In this document: one piece after another, positions 47,803 to 58,319 of the stretch | How the letters are laid out: the number at the start of each line of letters is the position of its first letter | Numbering within the stretch: position 1 is the first letter of the stretch | DNA from: a virus | Lineage: Duplodnaviria; Caudoviricetes | Length of the DNA stretch: 64,000 nt | IMG/VR virus record: IMGVR_UViG_3300021957_000025 | Span: 1,156 to 65,155 of that record | Reading direction: 5' to 3' (one strand) | Notes under the pieces: generated by a model | The model's database searches: none | What the model was told of the DNA's origin: nothing | Seen by the model: the letters and a program-made list of their open reading frames with translations, nothing else | Program-made: the position numbers and the translations under genes

Positions 47803-48300
47803 TTAAAGAACTCTTTCCCAGTGAGAGAAGGTTAAATCAACTGTAAATTCCTCTACTGCATCTACTGTGTCATAACCTAATGTTATTTCACCGATGTTTT
47901 TAGGGAACATGTTGAAGAACTCATATCTCGCTAGTACAGAGTCGTCTTTGTTTAACTGTTCTACAAACGCTCTACTTAATAAGTAGTCCGTTGTTGTAGC
48001 ACCTTCACCACTGTCCATTGCTTGAATTTCAGTCTGCCATGCTTCTAGAGCAGTTCTTGCTGAAAATTCCATGTCATTGATGATGGTTATTGACCAGTCT
48101 GCAAAAGTACGTTCTCCTGCTAGTTTAAGGTTATGTCCTCTGAAAGGAATGATGACTTCGCCTAAAGTTCCTGCTGGGATGTTTGCACCCTTACACATGA
48201 ACTCGATATTGTTACCAGCTCTAGGTAGGAATACTCTAAATCGGTTAGCTCTTGGGCCACCACCGACTAGTTGTGCTTTAAATTGGTCTATTGTTGCCAT
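47803..48300 (-). CDS. gp19: tail tube protein
   Basis: GGGPRANRF and AGERTFADWSITIIND motifs. Confidence 0.95.
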   Translation of the reverse strand: MATIDQFKAQLVGGGPRANRFRVFLPRAGNNIEFMCKGANIPAGTLGEVIIPFRGHNLKLAGERTFADWSITIINDMEFSARTALEAWQTEIQAMDSGEGATTTDYLLSRAFVEQLNKDDSVLARYEFFNMFPKNIGEITLGYDTVDAVEEFTVDLTFSHWERVL

Positions 48301-48311
48301 GTTTTATCTCC

Positions 48312-50306
48312 TTAAACTGCACCATATATTTCACTAAACTCAACCCCCGACCTTGCAGCCACGAAGTTAAGAGTGATAAAGTTAATACTTCTAGAAGGTT
48401 TCACAAAGATAGAACATACAAATTCGTTTCTATCGATGACTGAATCAGTGTTGTTTGTTTCGTCACAAACTACTGAGAAATCTACTAGTCCTCTTCTGTT
48501 TTTAACATCTCTTAAGAAAGGTTCAACAGCTGCTCTGAATTGAGCTCTTGTGAATGCATCGTTGAATTCAAAGAGTTGTGATTTAGCTGCAGTTGATATT
48601 GCCTTTTCTAGGACGATGAACAATCTTCTTACATTGATTCTGTCGAATGCAGAAGGACTTGTTAATGCAGTCTTATCACCATAAAGGATTGTACCTTGGC
48701 CTGGGAATGTTACTACTGGGTTGACTCTTGCTCTGTACAAGTCATCTCTTGATGATTGTGAAGGATTGAATGCAAGTTTTGTGATACCTAGGTATTGTCC
48801 TCTAGAGAATCCTGCTGGTGAGAACCATGCATCTCTAAGAAGGTCTGACCTTGCCATGATGCCTGCTGTGTGACCATTAGCTGGTACGTAACAGTACTTA
48901 TCATTGAATCGGTCATACTGGTATGTCCAACCGCTGTCGATTACGGCATATGAACTTGAAGACATTGTACTTGCAGTTGTAATAACGTTAGATGCTTGTG
49001 TTGACTCTGAAGTAACACCAACAACGTCTGCACGTCTTGGAGAAACGATTGCAATACAATCCTTTCTATTTTCTGCAACTAATACTGCTTGGTTAGCAAG
49101 TGTTGTCCAGTCTGCAATTGTATCTTGGTCTGTACCACTACCGTTATCACATCTTGTTGAACCAACAATCAAGAATGAGATGTCATGTAAATCCCCATCT
49201 TTGAAATGGTCTTCCCATGCACCGTACTTCTGAGCTGCAGTTGGAGTTCTTCCATCTGCACCATTTGCTAGGGATGCTGTCATTGGTAATGTTGGAAACA
49301 AGAATGATGTTGTAGCAGATGCCAAGTGAGTTCTGTCTTGGTTTGCTGGAGTAATCATTGCAGTGTTATGTCCACTCCAATATACCCATTCTGATTTGTT
49401 ACCAATTACTTTTTTGTAATAATTTGATTGGCCTGATGCGTCTTTAGCATCTGATGCCATTGACACGAATGCATATGTTTCTAAAATGCTGTGAGGTATT
49501 CCAGTGATTGTTCCATCTTCATCAGCAACTACTACGTGTATTTCGTCATTTGAACCACCAGCTGCAAGTGCAGATGCACTCTTGCCTGGAGCTTTGTCGA
49601 AAGATGAGTAGAATTCCCAGTATCTATTAACTGCTGTTCCACTTGCCACTGTAGCAATTAGACCCGAACCTGTTGGTTGACCTATTGCTTCGACTGTGAT
49701 GTTGTCTGAGTTGATTGCTGTAACTCTGTACTGTTGTGTGATTGCACCGAATGTGACGATGTCTCTTACTTTACATAATGCACCACCACCAGTTGCAAGA
49801 GTGATAACTGTTTGACCAGCTGCTTCCTCTCCACTAGTTGTAGTCGCTGCATCATTGTAATATGCATCGGATGAAGCACATACTGAAACTTTAAGTGAAT
49901 TACCTAAAGAACCAGCACATCTAGATGTCCACTGTCCTACTGTACCAACGAGAGCTCCACTCTCGTATGATTGAACATATTCATCGTGATTTTTTAGAAG
50001 TGAAGAATTTGACCCACCACTGTTTGCACTAAACAAACCTGTTGAGTTAACTCTTACTACTCTTAATGATGAACCATATCTTAAAAATGCTTCTGCTGAA
50101 TAGAAGTCTTCTGCTCCAGCGTTAGTATTAGCTGGTTCTGAAAACTCATCGACTAAACCCTTTGCGTCTGAAACTGTCTTTACTTCATCAACAGGGCCCC
50201 ATTGGAATGAACCAGCGAAAGCACCACTTGTGCTTGATACTGCTGGTACAACATTTGTAAGGTCAACCTCTTTGACCTGTACGCCTGGTGATACTTGAAA
50301 TGCCAT
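48312..50306 (-). CDS. gp18: tail sheath protein
   Basis: SPGVQVKEVDLT, WFSPAG, FDRINVRRLF and FEFND motifs. Confidence 0.97.
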   Translation of the reverse strand: MAFQVSPGVQVKEVDLTNVVPAVSSTSGAFAGSFQWGPVDEVKTVSDAKGLVDEFSEPANTNAGAEDFYSAEAFLRYGSSLRVVRVNSTGLFSANSGGSNSSLLKNHDEYVQSYESGALVGTVGQWTSRCAGSLGNSLKVSVCASSDAYYNDAATTTSGEEAAGQTVITLATGGGALCKVRDIVTFGAITQQYRVTAINSDNITVEAIGQPTGSGLIATVASGTAVNRYWEFYSSFDKAPGKSASALAAGGSNDEIHVVVADEDGTITGIPHSILETYAFVSMASDAKDASGQSNYYKKVIGNKSEWVYWSGHNTAMITPANQDRTHLASATTSFLFPTLPMTASLANGADGRTPTAAQKYGAWEDHFKDGDLHDISFLIVGSTRCDNGSGTDQDTIADWTTLANQAVLVAENRKDCIAIVSPRRADVVGVTSESTQASNVITTASTMSSSSYAVIDSGWTYQYDRFNDKYCYVPANGHTAGIMARSDLLRDAWFSPAGFSRGQYLGITKLAFNPSQSSRDDLYRARVNPVVTFPGQGTILYGDKTALTSPSAFDRINVRRLFIVLEKAISTAAKSQLFEFNDAFTRAQFRAAVEPFLRDVKNRRGLVDFSVVCDETNNTDSVIDRNEFVCSIFVKPSRSINFITLNFVAARSGVEFSEIYGAV

Positions 50307-50389
50307 ACTTTTTCTCCTGTTAATGTAAAAAGTTGTTTACTGTTTTATTTATAACTTTTAATTTCCTACTAATAGCATTATTACTATTA

Positions 50390-51976
50390 CTACATGTTTT
50401 TGTGATACCATCTATCACCTTGATTATCTACAAACGATGCAGCTTGTTCAGTTGTCTCTCCAAATACACCTGCTGGAAGCAAGTCATCTTGAATAATCTT
50501 CTGTTGTTCTGCATACAACAAGTCTTTAACTTGTGTGTCTGTTAAGTGATAAAAATATTCTGTGGTGATAAACCAACTAAACATGACAACATTCATTACC
50601 ATGTCATCGTGATATCCTCTATCAGCTTCAAAACTAGTACCTTTATTTATGAAGGTCATAAGCTCGGTGATAGTAGGTCTATCTACGAGTTCTAATCTAT
50701 GTTCTTCTAACAACTCTTTCATTGTAGAACAACCGATTCGTTTAATCTTTCTCGACATCGTAACTCCGATGTCTTCTGCTTTTGCAAAACCTTGAGTAAA
50801 GACGTTCTCGTATTCTATATCATAGTGTAATTGGTTTGCCACCATAGCACCTTCATTATTATTCTCAATTATAACAATTGGTTTATTATAAGGTGTTACA
50901 AACTTATTTATAATATCGGGGAAGAGAAGGGGACTTATCATGTTATCTCGATATACAGCAACCTGTTTAAAGGGTTGTGTGGACACATCGAAGATAGTAA
51001 ATGTAGACCAATCCATACCTCTACCCTTGGCAACATCAACTGTACATATGTACTCATGTCCTTCTGCTGGTCTATTATACATAACAAACCCATCTTTCTC
51101 ATACTCTCCATCTACTGCTTTCATTTCCAATAGTGTGTTACTATTAATAAGAGTATTACCAGTTCCTAGGAATGAGTTACCATATTCCTGCTCGAACTGT
51201 GCTTCAGATGTGTTTGCAATAGTCTGTTCTTTCCATTCCTCATCTCGGCCCGGCACATCAAACCAGTTAATAAGAAAGTCTTTGTACTCTGATTGTCCGT
51301 GTACTGCACTCTCATATATTTTATGAAACATATTACCAACACCGTTTGCAGTAGATGTAATGATAACCTTAGATTCTTTACCCGATGTTACCACTGGATA
51401 TGTTGCAGTATAGAAAGTTGCAGCGTCTTCTACGAATGCAAACTCATCTAGATATAGTAAGTTAATAGACATACCACGAATCGAACTTGAAGATGTCGCA
51501 GCTGCAACAACCTTCGAGTCGTTTGCAAATTCTATAGAACCTTTGTTAAGAATCTTAACGCCGGGCTGTAAAAAGAAAGGAACTGATTCTAGCATGGTAA
51601 CAATACGTGCAATCATCTCTCTTGCAATTGCACCTTTGTTTGCAAGAACCGCTACAGTAACCTCGGGATGAAATACTAGATACCACAATAAGTATGCACA
51701 TGATGTGATTGACTTACCACTCTGTCTTGATGCAAGAACTACATTGAATCGATTGGTGTTGTAGTGATTTATAAGTTTGTCTTGATAACCACGGAGTTTG
51801 AACGGCACCATACCTTCATCTAGTGAGATAATCTGTGTGTAGTTTTCAATGAAATGACAAGGGTCTTCAGAACACTTGACGTATTCTGCAAGTTCTTCTT
51901 TGGTATACTGGATATCAATCCCAGCTCTCTTGATGAGATTATTACCTAAGTACCCCTCATTTGTTGGTTGTACCAT
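50390..51976 (-). CDS. gp17: terminase large subunit
   Basis: SRQSGKS, LDEFAF, ITSTANG and HDDMVM motifs. Confidence 0.97.
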   Translation of the reverse strand: MVQPTNEGYLGNNLIKRAGIDIQYTKEELAEYVKCSEDPCHFIENYTQIISLDEGMVPFKLRGYQDKLINHYNTNRFNVVLASRQSGKSITSCAYLLWYLVFHPEVTVAVLANKGAIAREMIARIVTMLESVPFFLQPGVKILNKGSIEFANDSKVVAAATSSSSIRGMSINLLYLDEFAFVEDAATFYTATYPVVTSGKESKVIITSTANGVGNMFHKIYESAVHGQSEYKDFLINWFDVPGRDEEWKEQTIANTSEAQFEQEYGNSFLGTGNTLINSNTLLEMKAVDGEYEKDGFVMYNRPAEGHEYICTVDVAKGRGMDWSTFTIFDVSTQPFKQVAVYRDNMISPLLFPDIINKFVTPYNKPIVIIENNNEGAMVANQLHYDIEYENVFTQGFAKAEDIGVTMSRKIKRIGCSTMKELLEEHRLELVDRPTITELMTFINKGTSFEADRGYHDDMVMNVVMFSWFITTEYFYHLTDTQVKDLLYAEQQKIIQDDLLPAGVFGETTEQAASFVDNQGDRWYHKNM

Positions 51977-52395
51977 TATTCTTTATTCTTTTTTAGAAAC
52001 TTTTGTAGTTCTGAAGTTGAACCTACGTATAGGTGATTGTGTTGTGTACCAATTTTCTGACCTTCTTCGTCCTTTTCTAATTCTTTAATTTTCTTCTGTA
52101 GGTCTAAAAGTTTTTCTGCAGTATCACCGACTGTTTTCAGAAGCTGCCCAGCAACCTCGTATGCACGTGGATGTTCCGTTTCTTTTGCAACATCCAATAT
52201 ACCATCGATTGCATCTTGTCCACGCTCTACTAAACCATACAAGTTTTCACGAGCATATTTGTAATCGTTTACTATGGATTCTCCCCTGTCTTTAGTAGTG
52301 GGAAGTTGTTTAGGAAGTATCTCTACCTCTTGTTTGATTTCAGTGTTGATATCTAGGATATCATCTAACTGTTTATCTATCGTATCTTTTGCCAT
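51976..52395 (-). CDS. gp16: terminase small subunit
   Basis: DYKYAR, EHPRAYEV and VGSTSELQK motifs. Confidence 0.93.
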   Translation of the reverse strand: MAKDTIDKQLDDILDINTEIKQEVEILPKQLPTTKDRGESIVNDYKYARENLYGLVERGQDAIDGILDVAKETEHPRAYEVAGQLLKTVGDTAEKLLDLQKKIKELEKDEEGQKIGTQHNHLYVGSTSELQKFLKKNKE

Positions 52396-52397
52396 TA

Positions 52398-53471
52398 TTA
52401 ACTCGCATCTGTAGTCCTATCGCCTGCAAAACTTCTAGTAGAACCATCATCATAAAACGTTACTGTCTCTGCAACAACAAAGGTGTCATCGGGATTGACC
52501 GAACCAACAAACTTAAGATTGGTTTTTGCATCTAGTGTCACTGCACTTGATACTACAATACTTTGTTTGTCCTCAGCAATAGAGGATATAGTTGGATTCG
52601 TTCCTAAATTGGTACCGAACACTTCATCGTTTACACTTATCTTTGTATTTATTGCTGTTGGGAATGTTATTGTGGTGGACGAAGATACTGCATTTGAAAC
52701 AGCTGCAAAAGCTGGTTCATATGATTTGACCTCTTTAACCAATCCACTGTCTTCTATTTCACTGGTAGTGAATAGACCACTTGCAGTCTTAACTTGTCCT
52801 TGCACTCCGTCTGATATGTATGTTCTTTCGATAACATTCTTAATAATTTCACCAGTATATACTGGGCCGAAGAAGTACAGTTTCATCTGAAACTCCAATG
52901 TGTATTCTATAACACGTCTTTCTTCGAACGTACCTTCGTATTGGTCTTCCATTGATACGGAACTTAGAATAATTGGAACATCTCTATGGTCTGTCATAGA
53001 ATCAATCATCTTCATAGTAACCGTATATTCGGGTTGGAAATATGGCAGTATTTGTTCTACTATTTGTAGTGCATCATTCATGTTCTTTGCAAGAATTGAT
53101 AGACTAAATGTTAAATTGTATGGTGCTGGTTGATACTGAAATCCTCTCTTTCCTGTATCTGAACTTTCCAAATCGGATTTAGTATGTCGTATTAGTTTAT
53201 TTTGTTGTCTAGATGCATCATATTCAAACCCTGTAAGTTCGAATGCAAGTCTAGGCATACTAATTGCAGTTCTCATACCATCACCAAGGTCAGCATCTTC
53301 TGCTAGTCTTTGCAAGAACTTTTGTTTTGGCCCGTATGATATTGGTACCTTTTGTTCTGTTAGAACTGTACCATCTGATTTGGTTTTCTTAATTGTAATG
53401 TTATTGAACAGTGTTCCAAAAATGGATACTGCTCGTTTGAAAGTTTCATTATAAAAATAGGTACCGAACAT
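52398..53471 (-). CDS. gp15: tail sheath stabilizer/terminator with a C-terminal insertion
   Basis: FGTLFNNI, VPISYGPKQKFL and QIVEQILPYFQP motifs. Confidence 0.93.
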   Translation of the reverse strand: MFGTYFYNETFKRAVSIFGTLFNNITIKKTKSDGTVLTEQKVPISYGPKQKFLQRLAEDADLGDGMRTAISMPRLAFELTGFEYDASRQQNKLIRHTKSDLESSDTGKRGFQYQPAPYNLTFSLSILAKNMNDALQIVEQILPYFQPEYTVTMKMIDSMTDHRDVPIILSSVSMEDQYEGTFEERRVIEYTLEFQMKLYFFGPVYTGEIIKNVIERTYISDGVQGQVKTASGLFTTSEIEDSGLVKEVKSYEPAFAAVSNAVSSSTTITFPTAINTKISVNDEVFGTNLGTNPTISSIAEDKQSIVVSSAVTLDAKTNLKFVGSVNPDDTFVVAETVTFYDDGSTRSFAGDRTTDAS

Positions 53472-54334
53472 TATGTGACCTCACCGAATGGGTTAGTCTC
53501 TGAGAAATCTAAGTATCCATCTGCCTTGTCTTCAAAGTCTTTATTCTGTGCATCACCATCATTAGCAAACGTTAGCACGTCTGTAATCGATTCTATGACC
53601 ACTGTCTTACCACTTGATGCACCAACTAGGGTGTCACCAACTGCAAGTGTTCTAGTGACATCTTTGATAGTAAGTTTACGGATATTCCCAGTTGGGCCAG
53701 GTGTCCAACCAATGACTTCACCTGTTGCAGCTCCACTATAATTAAGAACCTCTTGAATCACAAAGTCTCCACTTGTATTTGAAACTTGCATTTCTATAGT
53801 ATAGGCTTGTTCGTTCTCCACTAAGTCTACCACTGTTCCAGTATCGAAATCTTCTCCACTGTATTCGAATAATTCACACTGCAGTTTGAATACAAACAGT
53901 TTTCCAACTTGATAGAATGGATTCTCATGTTCTACGAATTTTATTTCGAACATTGAACCACTCATAGGGAAGTAAATTAAATCACCTTCGTTGGGTCTCA
54001 ATGATGTTGTAAGGTTTGAATCTAGTGATATGAATCTTTCCCATGTTCTTAGGGATATAACGAATGTTGCTTGGTCTCTTACTTGTACACCGAACTTGGA
54101 CATGAGGTCTCCATCACCTTCAAATCCATCTGTATTTTCTAGATACATCTCTACTGAGTACGCATCTCCAAATTTAGACTGCACATCTTCACCAAGAATC
54201 GTGTCTTCTTCTACAATCTCTCTTGGTAGATAATACGTCTCGTGTCCAAACATCCTAAGTGACTCAACAACGATGTCTTCATATAACATCTGTTCAGTAT
54301 TAACTGCATGGTTAAAAAATACATTTGTCGGCAT
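53471..54334 (-). CDS. gp14: neck protein
   Basis: YYLPR, SKFG, RPNEGDLIYFP and DFSETNPFG motifs. Confidence 0.95.
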   Translation of the reverse strand: MPTNVFFNHAVNTEQMLYEDIVVESLRMFGHETYYLPREIVEEDTILGEDVQSKFGDAYSVEMYLENTDGFEGDGDLMSKFGVQVRDQATFVISLRTWERFISLDSNLTTSLRPNEGDLIYFPMSGSMFEIKFVEHENPFYQVGKLFVFKLQCELFEYSGEDFDTGTVVDLVENEQAYTIEMQVSNTSGDFVIQEVLNYSGAATGEVIGWTPGPTGNIRKLTIKDVTRTLAVGDTLVGASSGKTVVIESITDVLTFANDGDAQNKDFEDKADGYLDFSETNPFGEVT

Positions 54335-54338
54335 GTTT

Positions 54339-55154
54339 TTATCCCATTAAGTCCATGACTGGCATTTCAAAATTCAGTCTTGACTCTTCTTCTAATCTTG
54401 TAATTTCCTCTTGTGCTTCGGACTTCATCTGTGCAGCGTCTAATGTAACACCGCCCGGCAATGCAATTCCCGAAAACTTTGATAGGTTTTCACCCCACTG
54501 ATACTTAACTAATGCAGTACAGTATTTCTTCAACCACATGTCATTGTATACGTCTGTCATGTCTGTTGGGTCAATCTTTCTATAACATTCAATGATTAAG
54601 AACTCACCAGCAGTCAAACTGGATGCATCCAAATCTAGATACAATCTATTAGAATGCATGTTGTATCTTAAAGGTGTTCTTCCAACTAGAATATTATTCA
54701 TCATTGAAAGGTTCTGTTGCATCATTTCATAATGTAAAACGTTGGTTGAAGATAAGTCATACATGTCATTCAATCTTAATTGATATCTTAAGTCAAACAT
54801 ATTAAGGTTTGATTTATCATTGAATGGTAAAATGTTTATAACAGATAGTACATGTTCGGGTAAGGTAAGATAGTTCTGTTGTTCTTTGTAAGTTTGTCCA
54901 TCTATCACATGTCCACCTGCTGTAGCTGCAGAATGGGATTCGTTTGTTGTGAATGAGTCTATCTGATTTTGAGTTAGTTCGTGCTTAAGAAAACACTTCA
55001 CACTACCATCATAGCAGTATTCTCTAAAGTATTGAAGGCCTTCGTCAATTCTGTCATCGAACTGGTCATCATCCACGTTGATTTCCAACACAGGTGCGCC
55101 TAGTCTTCTCTTGACATACTCTTTGAGGGTTGCTTTTGAATTGGGTTCTGCCAT
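54339..55154 (-). CDS. gp13: neck protein
   Basis: RRLGAPVLEINV, QWGENLSKF and LPGGVTL motifs. Confidence 0.95.
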   Translation of the reverse strand: MAEPNSKATLKEYVKRRLGAPVLEINVDDDQFDDRIDEGLQYFREYCYDGSVKCFLKHELTQNQIDSFTTNESHSAATAGGHVIDGQTYKEQQNYLTLPEHVLSVINILPFNDKSNLNMFDLRYQLRLNDMYDLSSTNVLHYEMMQQNLSMMNNILVGRTPLRYNMHSNRLYLDLDASSLTAGEFLIIECYRKIDPTDMTDVYNDMWLKKYCTALVKYQWGENLSKFSGIALPGGVTLDAAQMKSEAQEEITRLEEESRLNFEMPVMDLMG

Positions 55155-55190
55155 AATAGTATTTCCTGTTTAATACTATTTATGCGTTTT

Positions 55191-55451
55191 TTATTCTTGG
55201 AAATAAGTCTTTGACGTAAGTTTGTCTATTTTGTCCGAAATACGATTCATTTGGTCAAGCAGTTTAGTCATGTCGCGTTCTATCTCCTCTCTTGTGACAT
55301 AATCTTTTGCTATTTCTTCACGTGTTTTATTGAGGAGAATACCTTGACGCGAAACTTCTGCTAAAGACGTTCTTAACAAGAATCCTATAGGTACTATGAT
55401 GAACACCGTAACGATGTTGAATAAGATATAAGGTGTGATAGTAATTTCCAT
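55191..55451 (-). CDS. single-TM coiled-coil protein
   Basis: TM helix then LLNKTREEIAKDYVT; late box 5 nt before the ATG. Confidence 0.75.
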   Translation of the reverse strand: MEITITPYILFNIVTVFIIVPIGFLLRTSLAEVSRQGILLNKTREEIAKDYVTREEIERDMTKLLDQMNRISDKIDKLTSKTYFQE

Positions 55452-55468
55452 ACTACTATTTAGAAAAT

Positions 55469-56179
55469 CTAGTTCAGTATGGGGTTGCCTTTCGAGTCTA
55501 ATTCGAAAACAAATTCATCTTCCGCTGGTAATTCCTGCCAAGGCTTTCTTGCGTCTGCAGAGTCACCAATGTATTGTACCCTACAATTAAAGGAGATTGA
55601 GTATCGGTCTTTGTCTGTGGGATTAGGTTCTACCATATGCATTGCACCACTAGGAAACATTACGAGTCTCCCAGTTTCTGGCTTGTATCCTATACTCTCT
55701 TGATGTCTTTGTACTGACGGATGGTCTGCAACTATCTTAGCATCGGTATTAATCATACTGAGGTCTCCCTCGTCACCGTCACCATGTACATAAAACACTC
55801 CACTATACCAACAACCATTATGTAAATGAGGTGTGTTCCATGCCCCTTTATCATTAATGTTTGCCCAAGTATTGTCTATACAAATCTGAGCTGCAGAGGG
55901 GTTGACCCCAAAATACAATTGTACTTCTTCTCTCAATGCAGTTTGTATGCATCTAATAATCTTTGCAAAAGACGGATGCTGTTCTATTCCATCGTGAGAC
56001 TGCCATCCAGTGTATCTGTTTGATATCTGTCTCCCCTTTGGGTCTCTTTGTCTCCACGCATTCATCTCATCTCTAAGAAAATTAAGATATTCGATGTCAA
56101 CAGCACCGTTACCATACCTTTCTTTATCAAGTAGGTCTCTTTCAAATATTACTGTGGGGAATGCTAATCTAACACTCAT
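55469..56179 (-). CDS. 2OG-Fe(II) oxygenase (TIGR02466-like)
   Basis: WANIN, PHLH, YSGVFY, FPSGAMHMVEPN and RYSISFN motifs. Confidence 0.9.
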   Translation of the reverse strand: MSVRLAFPTVIFERDLLDKERYGNGAVDIEYLNFLRDEMNAWRQRDPKGRQISNRYTGWQSHDGIEQHPSFAKIIRCIQTALREEVQLYFGVNPSAAQICIDNTWANINDKGAWNTPHLHNGCWYSGVFYVHGDGDEGDLSMINTDAKIVADHPSVQRHQESIGYKPETGRLVMFPSGAMHMVEPNPTDKDRYSISFNCRVQYIGDSADARKPWQELPAEDEFVFELDSKGNPILN

Positions 56180-57042
56180 GATTCTTCTCCTATTTCGGGA
56201 TTATGCATAGGACATTCGGGTGGTGGATTATCTTCTTTAAACATTCTACCCTTTTCATTCCAATACTTAATTCTTCGGTATGCCCCAGCCATTCCTTCTA
56301 TATGTCTTTTCTCTTCTCTAAGTTCGGGTGACCTATTCCATTCATCCATAGTTTTAATTTTTTCACCGTCTTCACCCACTCTATGTGTGGTTCTTACAGA
56401 ACGGTTTTCTTGCCAAGATTTATTATCGTATGTTATATATGATGCATTCCAAGTCTCTCTTCTGTAAGGTATTACTTGAACTAATGGTGTTCCTGCCTTA
56501 ATTGTAAAGGATTTACTTGTCTTAGGATAGAATATGATTTGTGAATTATCCATGTTAACATTAAATGTATCTGTATCTATGATACCTTGCCATGTTGCAA
56601 AATGAGTATTCTGAAACAAGAATGGGTCTAGGTATAGACAAGAATAGCCAGGCGGTGTTATAATATTCCAAGGACTTCTCATTTTGAATGCATCCATGGT
56701 GGGTGCATCTTCTTTCGGTAAATACGTAAAACTCTGACCCACTTGAGCTGCTGGATGTGTCGGGGAATGATATGGGTTCTCGGGGTCTGTCATAGCATGA
56801 GCTGCACCCTCGGTAGGAAGAATCACTTTCATATCTGCTTTTGCACAGATATACCATCCACTCTTTAACCAGTCATCCATTGCTGGACATGACCTAATGG
56901 TGTGTGTTTTATTTCCACGAACTACTTCTTGAACTTTCATAGTCTTCCACCAATCGGGAACAACCTTCTTTGCTAAGACTGGTTTCCATAATTCTGTGGT
57001 TCTCTTATCGTAAGTTGTGAATTCAATCGTAGGCATCTTCAC
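56176..57042 (-). CDS. conserved phage beta-rich protein found among oxygenase clusters
   Basis: PDWWK...TIRSCPAMDD...PWNIITPPGYSCL...GIIDTD...GTPLVQVIP. Confidence 0.7.
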   Translation of the reverse strand: MKMPTIEFTTYDKRTTELWKPVLAKKVVPDWWKTMKVQEVVRGNKTHTIRSCPAMDDWLKSGWYICAKADMKVILPTEGAAHAMTDPENPYHSPTHPAAQVGQSFTYLPKEDAPTMDAFKMRSPWNIITPPGYSCLYLDPFLFQNTHFATWQGIIDTDTFNVNMDNSQIIFYPKTSKSFTIKAGTPLVQVIPYRRETWNASYITYDNKSWQENRSVRTTHRVGEDGEKIKTMDEWNRSPELREEKRHIEGMAGAYRRIKYWNEKGRMFKEDNPPPECPMHNPEIGEES

Positions 57043-57727
57043 CCCATAAAGTTTTTATACTAATTTCATCTCCTCTTATTACCAAAGAACGTCTATCCAT
57101 ATATCGTGCCTTTGGAGATGGTGCATCTGCACCATGTGGAATTCTTCCGTCAAACATTAACAGTCTGTTCGGTTTAAAATATATCTCTTGTGTTTGGTGA
57201 TTCTTAATGTGGTTTGCTCTTCCATGGATTCCTTGTTGCATTTCATTATACAGTCTTAATGAACCGCCCCATGAATCATTCCAAAATCTATTTGGATAAT
57301 ATAGAAATGAAAGATTCCAACTATCATTGGAGTCACAATCTGCATGTGTGGTTCCTTCAAGTCCTTGAGTCTGTGAGTTCAATCCAAAGTATTGAAATCT
57401 TTCCCACATAAATCCAAAATCTGTTTGAAGTTTTCTATTAAACCAAGACATTAGGTAGGTATCGCTTGGTTCTATACCGTGTTCTAGTTCTAGGTTCTCA
57501 CCTCTAAAAAAACCAGCACCCCAAAAACTATGATGAGGCAATCCTGTAGGACTCCCACTACCAACTTGATTTGTCTTAGACCAATATTGTTTACGTGTAA
57601 TCTGCTTGTCTATAGCATGATGCATTGTTGTGGATAGATAATTATCAAGGACATACACATTCTTCAAAGGCATATCTTTGATATGAAAGGGTTCGTTAAT
57701 GAACTCTAACTCTACATCATCGAACAT
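57023..57727 (-). CDS. 2OG-Fe(II) oxygenase
   Basis: THAD, FLYYPN..W...WGG and PNRLLMFDGRIPHGA...R motifs. Confidence 0.88.
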   Translation of the reverse strand: MFDDVELEFINEPFHIKDMPLKNVYVLDNYLSTTMHHAIDKQITRKQYWSKTNQVGSGSPTGLPHHSFWGAGFFRGENLELEHGIEPSDTYLMSWFNRKLQTDFGFMWERFQYFGLNSQTQGLEGTTHADCDSNDSWNLSFLYYPNRFWNDSWGGSLRLYNEMQQGIHGRANHIKNHQTQEIYFKPNRLLMFDGRIPHGADAPSPKARYMDRRSLVIRGDEISIKTLWGEDAYD

Positions 57728-57730
57728 AAT

Positions 57731-58288
57731 CTATGCTCTAGTATCTTCGGGTATGTATGGACTTGGTAACTCACTTACGTAAGCATCAAAATCTTTAAGA
57801 AAATCTTCTCTAGTGGATTGAACTTCTTCAACAAGTTGAAATAAAACACAATTGACTGCGTCTGCATACTCCATGGCTCTTCTTGCATTGTTTCTATGGG
57901 GATGGTTTGAACCCTCTCTCCCAGCATAGGTTGCTTCACTCAAATCTTTAAATCTGTACTGAGCGCATTCTTCGTCAACATACTTGTCGACTTGCCTGAA
58001 TAGGTTATCCACAATTTGACTATTAAGACTATGACCCATAGGTGGTTCACTATTCTCAATATATTGTTCAATAATTTCACACTCTTCTTTTGAGAGTGCA
58101 ACTTTTTTTTGTTGGTCGAATCCTAGACCATCTTCCCAACGTTCAATTTTAACTTCGATATCATCATAGATGACAACATCATATTCAAACTCAAAAGCAG
58201 GTTTATCAACGTTTTCGTAGTTATACTCTAATCCGTTTGGTTTACGGACAAATATTGTACCATCGCTGTCGTATATAAATGCATTCAT
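57731..58288 (-). CDS. hypothetical protein (possible tail-fibre assembly chaperone)
   Basis: ORF with GAGG SD; the C-terminal helical region ending ELP resembles fibre-chaperone tails (weak). Confidence 0.6.
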   Translation of the reverse strand: MNAFIYDSDGTIFVRKPNGLEYNYENVDKPAFEFEYDVVIYDDIEVKIERWEDGLGFDQQKKVALSKEECEIIEQYIENSEPPMGHSLNSQIVDNLFRQVDKYVDEECAQYRFKDLSEATYAGREGSNHPHRNNARRAMEYADAVNCVLFQLVEEVQSTREDFLKDFDAYVSELPSPYIPEDTRA

Positions 58289-58319
58289 AATTATAGTTCC
58301 TCGTTACTATTATAACATA

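Noticed and set aside
3064-51976. Introns or inteins in gp41, gp43, gp46 or gp17
   Set aside because: All are continuous, of normal length, and show no splicing motifs.
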